A stretch of DNA of 54,613 nucleotides, filler included, from Jimgerdemannia flammicorona (lineage: Eukaryota), in assembly GCA_003990765.1 (NCBI GenBank). It is 3 parts of 3 records of this genome, joined end to end, with 100 filler letters (N's around TTAATTAATTAA, not from the genome) between each part and the next. Parts side by side here need not be neighbours in the genome. Positions count along the whole stretch, not along the records: positions 1 to 18,139 come from RBNJ01002290.1; positions 18,240 to 36,377 come from RBNJ01002291.1; 1 more part is not named here. One strand, 5' to 3'. Of this stretch, positions 13,151-27,000 are shown piece by piece. Position 1 is the first letter of the stretch; each line of letters begins with the position of its first letter. A model generated the notes under the pieces. That model saw only the letters and a program-made list of their open reading frames with translations, was not told where the DNA came from and did not search any database. Both the position numbers and the translations under genes were made by a program.

Positions 13151-14358
13151 TACAAGATCGGCTGGTATGGACCGAAATCTCGATATTGCGATTCACTAGA
13201 TTGTTCACCTCGACTATTTTTGTAGGCAACCCAACTACATCGCGTGGTCTGTCGACAGCATCGTTGTACGAAACAAGACTCGAGCGAACTGCACTTGGCA
13301 TTTCCCCAACCAGGCCGTGTCCATACCCCATTCCAATTGCAGGTGTTTTCCGCATCATCGCATCATTACTCATCTGTTCGTCTGCATTTATGCTTGGCAT
13401 TTGGGACGGCAGCGGCAGCGCGAGCACCGCGAGCTGGGCGCGTGGGTAAGTACAGACGCGAATCATGAAACTATTTCATCGAAAGTCTTTCATAATGCAA
13501 TCCTAGAGTTGTGTATCTTATATGTTACATGGACGTGATATCGAATATTACGCGCTTGGATACCTCTTCATAATTGGCTCATTTCCCATTCTTGGCAAAA
13601 TTGACCGACGCATTTTGAGAGGGTATTCAAAGGCCGCCTGGATATTTGTAATTTACACCATTACCTGTTCAAGGCCGGCTCGGAGTTAATCGCTTGTTAA
13701 ATGTTTATCCCCTTAATCTTCACGGGCCGTAAGATCCCTAGATTGACGTCATAGCTTGTTTTCATTGTGGCCTGTGCCTTCCTAGTCCTAATTTGTTCGC
13801 ACGCAATATGTAACATTGGTGCGGCATATTTCTAAATGGCCTGTTGTAGAAGTCCCAAGTACCTCACGATTCCACATACGGGAAGCGGGACAAAATACGG
13901 TTAGTGTCTAAGTTGGTTTCGTTGGTGTATCGGAGGCGCATCAACAACGCGCAAAATTTGGGCTATGGGAAAAGGCACGGGATGGTGTTGTCCCCTATTA
14001 CATTGAAAGGCGAAGTTACCTCTTTCACCATTATATATGCGACCTTTCCGAGCTTCGGTATACTCTCTAACATCTAGTCCAATCCTAGCATCCCGAGACT
14101 GAGGAAACCAATAACCAGTGCGGAACTGGCTTGATCCGCAAAGAGGGATTCATAAGAAGACGAATGACAGAGGAAGATCTTCATTGATCACACGTGGTTT
14201 GACTATTTATGGACTGGGATCAATTTTCGCACCAGTGAATATCAAACCGAAAGGCATTGCCGTTTCCGGACCCTTGCACATGGCCGATCCCGTGAGCGAT
14301 ACTTATAAGAAGAATCATCCGCTGTCCACTGTCGCGTCCGTAAATCTACTGTTTAGCC

Positions 14359-17038
14359 ATGAGCACACTAGAGGCAACCCAGCATTTCGATTTGTCCATT
14401 GTGGCACTATCCTACGTGATATCCGTGCTATGTGCACAGACATCCCTCGAACTCTTGGGGCGGCGCACAGATTCCAGGGGCCTATATAACTGGTGAGTTT
14501 CGTCTTAGAGACATCGAGTTCATCGCGCAAACCCTTATCACAGAAGCCGACCTTAATTTGCCGCATTCCCAGGTTTCTGCTCATCGGCGCTGCCTTTTCC
14601 ATGGGCGCTGGTAGCGTGTGGTCGATGCACTTTATCGGCAACAACTCCTTGACGCTCGGATACGAAGAAGGAAGATTCCAGCTGGTGTACGCAAGCGGAT
14701 TTACCTTATTGTCACTAGCCGTCTCTATAGCATGTATGGCGCTTGCCTTCTACTTTGTTGGTGCGGCAGAAAAAGTTCAGATTAAGCGTATTTTATTGGG
14801 TGGATTCACTGCTGGGGTAAGTTGAATCTGGCTCTTTTAGACGCGATCCCGATGTGACAATTCTTAACAAAAGTGCATACTTTGTCGTACTTGCAGAGCG
14901 GTATATGCGGAATGCACTATTGTGGCGAGTTCGCTATTGTGTTTTTCACTGTCGAATACCAGCTACATTACGTCCTTGCCTCCCTTGTCATTGGCATTGC
15001 CGCGACGACCACGGCGCTGTGGATCTTCTTCGAACTGCGATCAAGGTGGGAGGGGGGATGGTATAAGCGCACCACATGCGCCATGATCATGGGCGTCGCT
15101 GTTTGTGGTAGGCTTGCAATTTTGCATACTCTTTCGCCTTGATATTTCGAGCAGTCAGTACTTGTTGACTCAACTTTTGAAACAAATCACATATAGGCAT
15201 GCACTACATCTCCATGGTCGGCACTCGGTATTATATACCCAACAAGGAAATTCCACCCAACCCTTTGATTTCGCCGTACGCTTTGGTGACAATAATGACG
15301 GTGATCGTTGTGAGTGGTTGCGCCGGTCTTGTGGTGATTGCATTCCTGGGACATCGCGGGAAGGACTTGGTACGGAAGAGAGCGAGGCAGATTGTGTTGG
15401 ATATGGTCATATTCGATGAACGGGGGAAAGTCCTGGTGACAAGCGATGGGGTCTTGCCGATGGAGGATATCGATCATGAGCTATTCGCTAAGGTGAGTGA
15501 TGAAGCTAATGCTTTGAACGGCTCAACTTGAATATTCCGCGCAAATTACTGATTACAATTTCTTTTGAAATATTTAGAGTCAAGACGACGAAATTAACGT
15601 AATAATGCACCCTGTTTTCCACCGCCTCTTCCAAACCACATGCGATTGGAAGACGAAGCCGAATCCCACCGAACTCGAGCACCCTTTGCGCACTGTAATG
15701 ACGGAGAAACAAGAATTCAGCGAATCCGAAAGCCACTTTATCTGCAAGTTCATGGACGCCGCGCAACAGCTCTCCAAATCGCTGAAACTCTCCCTCTCGG
15801 AGATGGGCATTCTCTTCGACAGCGTGCTCAACACTGGCACCATCGAAGATTCGATGCCAGCCAAGCACCTGTTAGGGTACAACCAGGTTATCGAAACCGT
15901 AAGTGTCACTCCTGATTCTGACGAAACCAAGCAGTCGGACTGGGCCCTGGTGAAAGTGGAGGAAGCGCAGAATCATTCGTTCCAATGCCTAAAGAATAAG
16001 GGCCAGCATTTGTTCCTGGTGCAGAAAATAGGAAAGGGCGAGAGTGTACAGCGGTTCACGCAGCACGGGTACCGGTTTTCAGATCCCGCCTTCATCTCTG
16101 ATGTCATGGGATCGAAGCTATCGGTGCCTAAGGACGTGATGGTTGAGCACTTCCGCGATATGTGGGCGTACGTCACGACGGGAATGAATATGGGGGACGC
16201 GGCAGAGGTGTCGCAAAGAGGCGGCGGCGTGTTTGTCGGACTGCTTATGATTGTACATGGGGAGAAAGGCCAAAGCGAGGACTTACAGATTGTGGTAGAC
16301 AAGACGAAGCGATACACGTTGCCGTTGGTAGAGGTCAGAGGCGAAGACGTCCCCGATAGCCGGCCAGCGCTGAGCAATTCCGAACGCGAATATATCACCG
16401 CAATCTTTCACAAGACGTTACTGGATATTGCCCCGGTTCGACAATCGCCCAGCTCAGCAACCTTCCCATCACACCTAGTTTCCAGCCACTTCACCCGAGC
16501 CGTGGAACAAGCCACCCAAAACCTCATCAATCTCACCAAGTTGTCGCAGTGCGCCGCATCAAAGGCCACCTTACATCCGTCCATCATCAACCTCCCGCCC
16601 TTCGGCCTCACCCGCTCCGCCTCCCAGCTCCTCCTCTTCACCTGCCACGTGCCCACGGCGGAGATCACCTCCGTCATCAACAACAACTCCGACAACAAGC
16701 TCCGTTGCATTCCCTGGCCGATTTATGAGTCTTTCTGGCGTACCGTTTCAGACAATGCCCAGTGTGAAAGCCTCACTCGCCGCAGGGTGCAACTTGTCTC
16801 CACCGTCTTTTCGTTGCCACCGCCGCCCAGACCCGGCTTCCGCATGCAGCAGCGCATCGGATCGTCGGGAAGACTCGTCGAAAAGCTATCGATGGATAGG
16901 GCTTCTGATTCCAATATCCCGATGGATGATATTTTTGAGGAGGTGGTGATGGAAGAACCCCATGTGGTGACGGCAGTGAATAGGATATTCTGGTTGAAGG
17001 AGATCGTAATGGAAATGTGTGGTATTCATTTACGATGA
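14359..17038 (+). CDS. MHYT-domain integral membrane sensor/signalling protein, ~781 aa; exons 14359-14492, 14573-14816, 14897-15107, 15197-15492, 15578-17038
   Basis: Four GT-AG introns of 80-89 bp splice into one open frame (2346 nt). Hydrophobic N-terminus with three MHYT-type motifs (WSMHFIG, GMHYCG, GMHYIS) and a long soluble C-terminus. Normal CpG content. Confidence 0.9.
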
Positions 17039-17319
17039 GATGTGCAAATAATGTGGCCATACATTTAGACTTTTTTATTTATTTGTAATAGGGGGGTCTC
17101 AATCAAAATTCTGCGACCAAATGATTGGAATATGTGTTCCTTGAGTTAACTAAAAGACGTGACATTGTAAGACTGTGTAACGCCGGCCATGATGACCGTG
17201 AGCCATTAACGCTTAGTAATGCAGCTTCCAAATAAGATAGGGTTTGTTAATCTTTAGTCTGTAATATAAGTGTTTTTTTTTTTTTTTTTACAAAAAAATT
17301 CTATCACTTATATCAGAAA

Positions 17320-17556
17320 TCTTGAATTCTCAGTATAAGGTTTTCTTTATTCTATTAAGCTAATTCTTACTAGTAATAATAATGATATCATCTACTCATA
17401 TGCTAACAAATACTATACTGTCATATTTATAATACTATATAGATATATATATAATTATCCACTTTATAGAATATAAAGCTATTGTTAAGAAGATGTTTAT
17501 CAATGCTTTTATTTCATAATCATATTACTTATTTAATACTATATAATCTCTTATAT
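17320..17556 (-). mobile_element. Ty1/copia RT fragment (eroded YVDD region)
   Basis: Aligns co-directionally with ~52200-52430 of the minus-strand copia RT. Confidence 0.7.
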
Positions 17557-17560
17557 ATAT

Positions 17561-17612
17561 TCTGGGTTCCCTTCCAATAAAAATCCGCGGGACATAGAGT
17601 CTGTTTAAAAAA
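17561..17612 (+). repeat. Inverted partner of 1-50; probable DNA transposon terminus followed by ~380 bp of CpG-retaining sequence
   Basis: Near-identical to the reverse complement of 1-50. Composition changes sharply at 17561. Confidence 0.75.
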
Positions 17613-18081
17613 ATAAAATAAAATAACTATATTCGGTTTCTGCTTTTTATTTTATTTTATTTTATTTTATTTCTTTTCAGACTTTTCACGGAATCTGGTA
17701 CAGCATCTGCAGTCGTCGAGCCAAAAATCGAAAAAGATATATAGACGAAACACTCATCCACTACAAATTCCCATTCAACAAAACCACTTTCGACTCATTA
17801 ACCACCGTCCTTAAATAACACCGCGAATATCGGCCGGTTCGTAAGTAGCAGTGAGCGGTGTATCCACACAAACATTAACATGGATGCCCTATGAATTATG
17901 GGAACGTCTTTAGCGAAGTTATCAATAAATGCGCCACTCGCCTTTTCGTGGTGAATTTGTAGTACTCTGCTGTCATTTGCAAATGTTTCCATGGGAGCAG
18001 CTATCCAACCATAGCATTTATCCTACCATGGCACCATATCATAGCATGCCAGCAGGTTATATAAGTGGAAAAGCCTAAGCA

Positions 18082-18139
18082 GGGGGGAGAGGAGGAGGGG
18101 GGGGGGTGTAACGGAATGTGAAATTTCTCAACAGAACCT
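18082..18139 (+). mobile_element. Polypurine tract and start of an LTR (TGTAAC at 18107), cut by the gap
   Basis: G/A-only run ggggggagaggaggagggggggggg directly followed by TGTAACGG. Confidence 0.45.
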
Positions 18140-18239
18140 NNNNNNNNNNNNNNNNNNNNNNNNNNNNNNNNNNNNNNNNNNNNTTAATTAATTAANNNNN
18201 NNNNNNNNNNNNNNNNNNNNNNNNNNNNNNNNNNNNNNN
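18140..18239. other. Assembly gap with artificial six-frame-stop linker
   Basis: N44-TTAATTAATTAA-N44, identical to the second gap. Confidence 0.97.
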
Positions 18240-21200
18240 TTTTTTTTTTTTTTTTTTTTTTTATAGTCTCTTGGACTCCTTTATTACAGCTATCTAATAC
18301 AATTACAGAGAACTACAAATCACTACTAATCCTATAACACATACTGAAGTAGAGTCCTTCAGCCAACTCCTTCCTTCCATCGCACCCCACTATCATCTAA
18401 CACCAGAAACCCTTGACTCTGCAGTACAATATCCTGTATCTTCTTTAAGGCCCCTGGCTGGAGATGCCTCCCCTGAAACCACTACCCCTGAACTACCTCC
18501 TGTATCAGCCACTTCCACTGCTCCACCATCTCTCCAATCCCCATCCATGGGTCCCATTCGAAAACCCACCGCCAGTGCACTGCCATCAAGACCCAGACCC
18601 CCAAAATTCGACCTAAGCCTCCCCAGATATCACCAATTTCCCCTACCAGCCAGTGCTTGACCACCAGGCTGGTCAGATCTTCTGCCCTATGCCTCACTGG
18701 GCCCCAGTAACCTTCCAGACTCTGCCAAAACCCTTCCATGCCTGGACAGGCCCCCAGAACATATTCTGGTGTCTGAATAACCCCTCCATACACCTCATTA
18801 CACCACTCACAGTCTCGACAGCCATCCACCTCCATCCAGCCTGTCCGATAGCTCAACATCACATTACGTCTCAAGAACTGCCACCAAACCACCCAGTATT
18901 TGGGGGGCACCATCTTGTGTACTGAGGTTCCCCACTTCCAAATTCGAGTCCACTCCCAGTCCTCACCAAAACCTGCTCTCTGCCAACCAGGGGGCCATCT
19001 CTCCAGAGGCTCAGATCTGATCCACTCCATTGCCTCAATCAGGGAGTACTCCTTCAGACTGTGACCACCCATATGCAGGTCACTCAGTCACCACCATTGC
19101 TGCTCAGGGTCCACCCCCACCTCTATCTCTGGGCCTGCCAACCCCATGGCTAGCCAGGCCTCCACAATACCCCACCAGAACCCCTTGAAATGCAGCTTGC
19201 CTACACTCCCAACCTGAAGCAAGCCCCGCATATCCTTCCAGACTTCACCACAAGGGCAGAACCGAACCTCCCAATTGTCCATGGCCAGCCTGCCCCAACC
19301 TTCCTCACCAAGTTCCATCAGTCGGTGCCCCCACCAACCCTGAAGTACCTTCAGTCGGTGCCTGAAATCCACTAGCCCCAGGCCACCATCAGAAGTCCTT
19401 GTCACCAAAGTCTCCCATCCAATCTGCAGATGCCTCCCACGCCATATCCACCCTTCTACAATCTTCTTCAACCACTGCACCACCCACCCTGGAAAATCCA
19501 GATGATAACCCAGATACCACAGTTTGGGCAGCCAATACACATTCAAAACCACTATCCTGCCAACCAAAGAGAAGCTCCTTCCTGACCAATCCGTCAATGC
19601 ACCTTCCAGTCTCTAAATCAATACAACCACCACTCCTTCGGCAGGACTGTCCCATACACCAAGAACCAGATACCCATATACCGAACAGCACTCCCTGTAG
19701 GTACCAATTGTCCGAATTGTCTATGTCCCCCCAGGCCAATACCAAGTTCCATTGTCTCATACTTGCCCCAGTTCAACTTTGCCCCTGCCAGCTGCTCATA
19801 CTGACCCACCCTTTCTTGTAGGGTGACAACATCCTCCCGACTGCCCAACCCTACCACCATATTATCTGCAAAGGCACTCAACTTCCAGACCACCTCTCCC
19901 ATCCGCAGTCCAGAGAGTTGCCCCTTCAACCACACCAATAAAGGTTCTAGAGAGAGTACATAAAGAAGGGGGGAGAGAGGATCCCCCTGTAGTACCCCTT
20001 GCCCCAAGGCAAACTCTTGTCCACACCATCCATTCATCATCACCGCAGCTCGGCATCCCTGTACCAAGCCCATCTATTGCCCTGCCTCTGCTACACCAAA
20101 CCCTGCCCTCCTCAGAACAGCCTCCAGGTAGCTCCACCGCACTCTGTCATAGGCCTTCTCTTGATCCAGAAAAACCATCTGGCCATCTACCTGCTAGCTC
20201 CTACAGCTCTCTAAAACATTCTGCACCCAAGCAGTACTATCTCTGATCTGCCTCCCCTTGACAAAGCCTCGCTGCTCTTCTCCAACTAGCACACCAACAT
20301 ATTGCTGCATTCTTCCTGCCAGAATCTTCGATACCAACTTTCTATCCACATTCAGCAGCATGATAGGTCACCAGTTGCGCCAAACTCGTCGATCTCCCTT
20401 TTCCTTGTATAGAAGAGAGATTAGACCCAAGGAACCATTGCCAATCCAGCTATCCTCCTTCAAAACAGCATTGGCCATCTCCACCAACCAGATACCAAAC
20501 TCAGCCTTGAACTCCTTCCAGAATTCCCAGGGCAACCCATCCTCTCCAGGAGATGAACCAGTCTGCGTCTTCCTCAGTACTTCCAATACTTCATCAAGAG
20601 ACACCTCCCCCATGACCGCCTCCCCCATCTCAGGTATCGCTGTCACTGGCCAATTGGTCACCATATTGTCATTATCCTCCCCAAGCCCAGCCTCCTCATC
20701 ATGCTCCCCACCATCCTGCCAAAAGGTTTGCCATTGACTGGATACCTCCCCAAGCATGTCAGCAATTCCAGAGACCTCTACTCCATCCTCATGCAATACT
20801 GTAGCCCAACTGTGTCACACTTGCCTGGCCTTCAAAACACCAGTCAGATATCTCGTCGGCCTCTCGCCTTCTTCCAACCATCTAGCTCGCAGCCTTGCTA
20901 GCAGGCCATCTACTACCCTGGTCTCTGACACCCTTAGGTCTGCCTGCAGCTCTGCCACCTCTAATGCCAACTGGTGGTGCACCTCTCCAGACAAGTCCCC
21001 CTTTTCCAAAAGCTTCAATCGCCATCTCAGCCTCTGTTCAACTCTCCTTTCCTTGTCCTTCTGTTCCTTCCCAGCTACTTCTCCAACATCCCACCAGTAA
21101 GCACCAGCCAAATGTTTGAGTTTACCCCACCATTCTGCTATCAACTGCCCTTCACTCTGCCATCGCAAAACTTCCTGTCACACAACTGTCACAAAATTGT

Positions 21201-24040
21201 CCCTCTCCTTCTTCCTCTTGAGTAAGGCCACATTGAGGTGCTAGTGCCCTCCACCACCACTCGCTGCTTGAAATCTACCACAAACCTCCACTCCCCAGTG
21301 ATCAGACCAAGGGCACCAGTGCACCTCCGCAGTGTCCAGTACATTGCCCCAGCACTCCGCCACCAGTACCCAATCTATTCGCATCCCAACCAATATTGTT
21401 CCAACTGGATGCCACTGGGTGAAAGGTCCCAACTTATCCCCCTGTCATTGGCGAACTCCATCTACCAAACCCATGTCGTGCTCCACCTGAAGCCACTGAG
21501 AAAGTCCAGAGGATACCACAACCCCTGCTCCACCATCAGATCTATCTAGTGCACGATCACGTACTATGTTAAAGTCCTCCCCCAGAATGTCTAAAGCAAC
21601 TACCTCCTGACCATCCCATGCCAGCCATCTCTCAACCCATTGCTTTTGCTCTCTGCCAACCGCAGGGAGGTAAACTGAGCCAATTGTCAAACCATCACCA
21701 GCCCCACCTTTTAGTCTTCCCCAAATCAGTCTGTCACCATAGGCCTCTACCTCCACTAGCTCACCTTTGCCCACACCAACCAAGACACCCACCTGCTTAT
21801 TCCAACCTGCTCCACCATACCATTCTTTACTCCACATCTCAAAGTCTGACTTGCCATAAGCCTGGATATCCTGCAGAAACACAACATCATATCTCCTGAC
21901 TTTAAGCCATCTGAAAAGCCGCTGCCTTTTAACACTATCCCACAATCCATTGACATTGATCGACAAAATATGTAGGTTGTTAATCATCATTAAGGAAATT
22001 GTTTAAAGCTCAGCAGGGACTGCCACCACTTTCTCAGCCCTTCCTCTAACAATCTCTCACTGGTCCTCACAAATTGCCCTCCAGATTCGATCACCATTAG
22101 CACTGCTGCAGAAAAGGTCCACTCTCTCTGTCACCACCTTCTTGATATCGGCCATCCTGCACTCGTCAACATCATATCCTTCATCGTCCAGCAGGGTGGC
22201 TACCATTGCCATCACCAGCTTAGGCCCCTGCATCACTACATTGAGGAATCCTTCCCATGCCTCCTGAGATCCATGAAACACATCCACTTTCTTGATGTCT
22301 TCCTCCGCCAGCTCCTCAAGAACTGCCTGATACCAGCTCTCTGCCGTCATCACCAGGGGCCTGGGAGTTAATGGCCTAGGGGTCCTGCTCAGCTCCTGCA
22401 GTTGCTCTCTGTCTGCCGACACATCCGAAGCCACATCCACTAGCTCATCCTCCTCGGCAACTTTCTCCAAGCAAATAACCTCACCAGCTTCTGGGCACTC
22501 CCAATGGACATTCGCTGCCCCCGCCATATGAATATCCTCCACCTGAGTCTCCAGCACTACTTCATCATCAACCTCAAAGCCTCCTTCACCAACCTCCTCC
22601 TTATCTGCCCACTTTCCCCTCACCGGCGCATGTGCCGAGTTCTCAACACCACCCAGCTGGGAGAAGGACACCTCCGCCACCTCCACGCCTTCCATCTGAT
22701 TCTTGGCTACCTCTACCTTTGCCTCTTCTTCCATAGCTGCCCCTCGAAGGGCCACCTGCAGACGTTCCCAGTTCCCTTTCCTCTACTGCTTCCTCTTGCC
22801 ATCAGCCTCGATCCAGACCCAATCCTTGGCATACTCCTCTTACTTCCTCTTTTGCAGCTCCTTGGCAGCCTCTCTCTCCTCTAGAGCAATTGCCAACTCT
22901 TCCTCCTCCTGTTCGGCTCCCTTTCTCCTCCAGACCTTGCACTCCTGCCCCCCAATTCTAATCCCCTCAGGCCAATTGCGGCCCAGCCCAGTAGCCTCCT
23001 TGCCTTCCAGTCACAGCATCACCTCACAGTTGCCATTCCTCAGTTTGGTGCCCTCCCAGAACATGAACCCGAAGTCCACCATCTCACCATATCCACCTAG
23101 TGCCTCCACTACCATCTCCTTGGTCTCCTGTCTGCCCAGGGTTGGCAAACCTTCCACCACCAGCCGAACAGCACATGGATCCCACCTCAGACACCTCGCC
23201 ATCCCAATCCGGATACCCTTGACCATCATCCCTTTCTCCAGCGTCTTCACCATCGCATCCTCCTCCACAAATACAATCTCCACAGCCTCTGCCAACAGGA
23301 TGAACTTCAGGGATTCTGCCCCAGCTACTTCCTCTCCCACCAACCTCAGAACCTCCCTCGCTGACATTGCCAATCCCAGGAAGTTCGCCGAGACTGCCCA
23401 CATCGACACTGATTTGTGGAAGAAGGGCCTCACCACCAACTCGCCTGTCCCTGCTGCCAGAGTCACCTTCCCTTTGGCCCCTGAAATACCTGTAGTTGTC
23501 CCACCCAGCCCAGCTGCGCCACCAGCAGTCCTCTCCCCAGCCACCTGCCCAGCCACAAAAGAACCAGTCTCCGGCATCCCACCACCAGACCCCTGTCCCC
23601 TGCCGGCCACCTGACCCACCACCTGACTCGTCACCTGACCCCTCCCCCTGTCAACACTATGCCCCCCCTGTCCAACCCCCATAGGCCTAACAGCAGCCCT
23701 CCTATTCCCAACTACCGTATACCAGGCCTCGGTCCCACCAGCCCTCCCCTATCCACCAGCCCTCCCTGCAGCCACACCAGCCCCAGCAGCCACCGCAAAG
23801 CTCTTGGGAATACCCAGACCAGACCTCCTCCTCTCTAGATGCTCAGAGCTAGAGGAATCTTGACTAGCCATGTTACCAAAACTTGTCCAATTTTCTTGAA
23901 ACTTGTTATGCCTTGTATGTAGACTCCTGCCGCACGATGTACACCAGTATGCTCGAAATAAAAACTGGAAAACGTATTGTCTTTCACTAAAAGATGTCTG
24001 TGTGGCTTAGCTCTCTCCGAATGGTTTGAGCAAAAGAAGT
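18240..24040 (-). mobile_element. LINE-A: full-length degenerate L1/Tx1-like non-LTR retrotransposon
   Basis: Poly(A) tail (T-run 18240-18262). ORF2 from 21990: APE (SINVNGL, WSDH), RT (SPGEDGLPWEFW, QEKAYDRV, QGDPLSPLLY, FADN) and C-terminal CxxC. ORF1 from 23871 to ~22057. 5' UTR is homologous to LINE-B. Confidence 0.93.
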
Positions 24041-27000
24041 CCCCCAATACCACCATACCCTGTCATAGGCCTTCTCTTGATTCAAAAAGACCATCCTCCC
24101 ATTGATCTGCCTACTCCTACAGCCTTCCAAAACATTTTGCACCCAGGCAGTACTGTCCCTAATCTGCTGGCCCTTCACAAAGCCCCTCTGCTCCTCCCCT
24201 ACCAGTCTTCCAATCCACTGCTGCAATCTCCCCACTAAGATTTTTGAGACTAGCTTCCTGTCTACATTTAGCAGCATGACCGGCTGCCAGTTGCGCCACT
24301 CCCTCCTGTCACCTTTCTCCTTATACAGCAAAGACACCAGACCTAAACTTCTATTCCCAATCCACCATCCTTCTTCCAGTACAAAATTAACCATTTCAAC
24401 AAGCCAAGCTCCAAATTCCACCTGAAACTCCTTCCAAAATTCCCAAGAGAGACCATCCTCTCCTGGTGAAGAACTACTCGGCGCCTTCTGCAGAGCCTCC
24501 AACACCTCCTCCAAAGACACTCTACCAAATACTGAAGCTCCAATCTCCAGTAGTGACACCACTGGCCAGTTATGTACTAGAGGTGCCTCTGTAACATCCC
24601 CTACCCCAATACCCCCACCCATATCATCATCACTCCAAAGAGTCTGCCATTGTCCTGAGATCACCTCCAACATATCCGCTACACTGGTAACCTCAACACC
24701 ATCTTCTCGCAAAACTGAAGACCAGCTTTGTCGAACATTTCTTGCCTTCAAGACACCAGATAAGTACTTAGTTGGTCTTTCACCCTCTTCCAGTTGTCTA
24801 GCCCTTAGGCAGGCCAGGAGCCCATCCACAACTCTATTCTCAGTCTCTCTCAAGGTTGCCTGTAGGTCGACTACCTCTCTAGCGAGTTGACCCTTCCTCT
24901 CTTCTGCTAGTAAAACATCCTCCAATAGCTTCAGCTGCCACCGCAAACCCCTTTCAACTCTCCTTTCCTTATCCTTTTGCTTCTTTCCTGCCACTTCCCC
25001 AGTGTCTCTCCAATATGCACTAGCAAGGTGTTTGAATCTACCCCACCAATCTGCAATAGATAGACCACCTGCCACCCATCACTCTACTTCCTGTCAGGCC
25101 ACATATATGAATTGCTCTCATTCTGCTGGACACCAGAGCAGAGCCACATTGAGACACCAGTGCCCGCCTCCCCCATTAATAGCCTGGAATCTCCCACTCA
25201 CCTCCACTCCCCAATGGTCTGACCATAGGCACCACCATACTCCGACTATATCAAAAACATTACCCCAATGTTCAGCTACCAATACCCAGTCAATCTGCAT
25301 ACCAACCATCCCATTGTCTATAGAATGCCACCTAGTAAAGGGGCCTAACCCATCTCCTGCCCTCAATCATACCCCATCTACCAATCCCATGCCCTTCTCT
25401 ACCTGAAGCCACTGAGACAGCCCTGGAGAGACCGCTACCCCAGCCCCACCATCAGACCGATCCAGTGCACAGTCCCTAACCATGTTAAAGTCACCCTCCA
25501 AAATGTCCCACCCAATCCTCCCAAGTCAACCACTCCTCTACCCATTGCTTACGCTCTCTGCCAACTGCTGGCAGATATACAGAGCCCACCAAAAGTCCAT
25601 CTCCTTTCCCTCTCTTCAGCCTTCCCCACACCAGTTGATCACTGAAACATTCTATATCAACTAACTTCCCCTTCCCAACTCTAACCAGAATACCAACTTG
25701 CTTACTCCAACCCGTGTTCCCAAACCATTCCTGACTCCACAACTCATAGTCCTCCTCCCCATAGGCCCAAATATCTTGAAGAAATACCACATCATACCTC
25801 CGGACCTTCAACCATCGAAAGAGATGCCACTGCTTCACACTATCTCGCAAACCATTGATATTGATAGACATAATACGTAGGTCATACTTTATCATGAAAA
25901 ATATGGAGTTTAAATATCAGCTGCCACTACCACCACCTTCTCAGCTCAGCCCTTAATGATGTCTTGACACTCCTCACAGACTGCTCACCAAATTCTTTTG
26001 CCATTGACACTGCCACAGAAGAGGTCCACTTGCTCGTATGCCACCTTATAGATATCTGCCATTCGGTCATCATCCACCTTGTACCCTTTATCCTCCAGCA
26101 GGGCTGCAACCATTGCAGTTACCAGCTTCAGTCCCTGCAATGCCACCTTGAGAAATCCTTCCCACGCCTCTGGAGAAGCCTGAAACACATCCACTTCCTT
26201 AATGTCATCCTCTGCCAGTTCCTCCAGAACCACCTGGAACCAACCATCTGCCACTATTGCCATCAGCCCTGGAGTCACAGGCCTGGAAGTCCGGCAAAGC
26301 TCCTGAAGCAGCTCTCTGTCCACAGAAACATCTGAAATGACATCCACCAGCTCATCCTCTTCAGAGACCTTATCCAACCTCACCACCTCCCCTGCTTCTG
26401 GACATTCCCAGTGTACATTCGCTGACCTAGCCATCACTGTGTCTTCCATTGGAGTTTCGGGAACCACCTCTACATTTTCTTCAAAGCCTTCTCCTTGCTC
26501 TTCTTACCATCTGCCCACTTCCCTGTCACAGATGCATGTGCAGATTCCTCCACTCCCCCCAACTGTGAGAAGGACACCTCCGCCACCTCCACCCCTTCCA
26601 TTCGATTCCTGTCAGATACTACCCTTTCAACCTCCTCCTCCTCAGATACTTGCAGCACTGCCTGCAGCCACTCCTAGTTTGCCCTATGCCAATGCTTCCT
26701 CTTGCCCTCTGTTTCAATCCAGATCCAATCCTTAGCAAAGTCCTCCCATTTCCTTTTCCACAAAGCCTTTGCCTCATCATACTCCTTGAGGGCTATCAGC
26801 AGCTCCTCCTCTTCCTGCTCAGAGCCTTTCCTCCTCCAGACCCGGCAATCCTGCTCCCCAACATAAATGACCTCTGGCCAGTCTCGCCCCAGGCCTGTTG
26901 CCTCCTTTCTCTCCAGCTGCACCATTGCCTCACAGTTACCATTCCTCAACTTTGTGCCCTCCCAAAACATAAATCCGAAATCCACTATCTCGCCAAAGCC

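Noticed and set aside
13744..13751. TGACGTCA (CRE/ATF-like site) upstream of MHYT
   Set aside because: A single 8-mer with no conservation data; cannot be supported.
14118..14489. 123-aa ORF upstream of and overlapping MHYT exon 1
   Set aside because: Different frame from the spliced MHYT product and no motifs. ATG 14359 gives the coherent protein.
18184..18195. TTAATTAATTAA palindrome (also 36422-36433)
   Set aside because: Centred in identical N runs: an artificial scaffold linker, not biology. ORF ends at 36429/36433 are artefacts of it.
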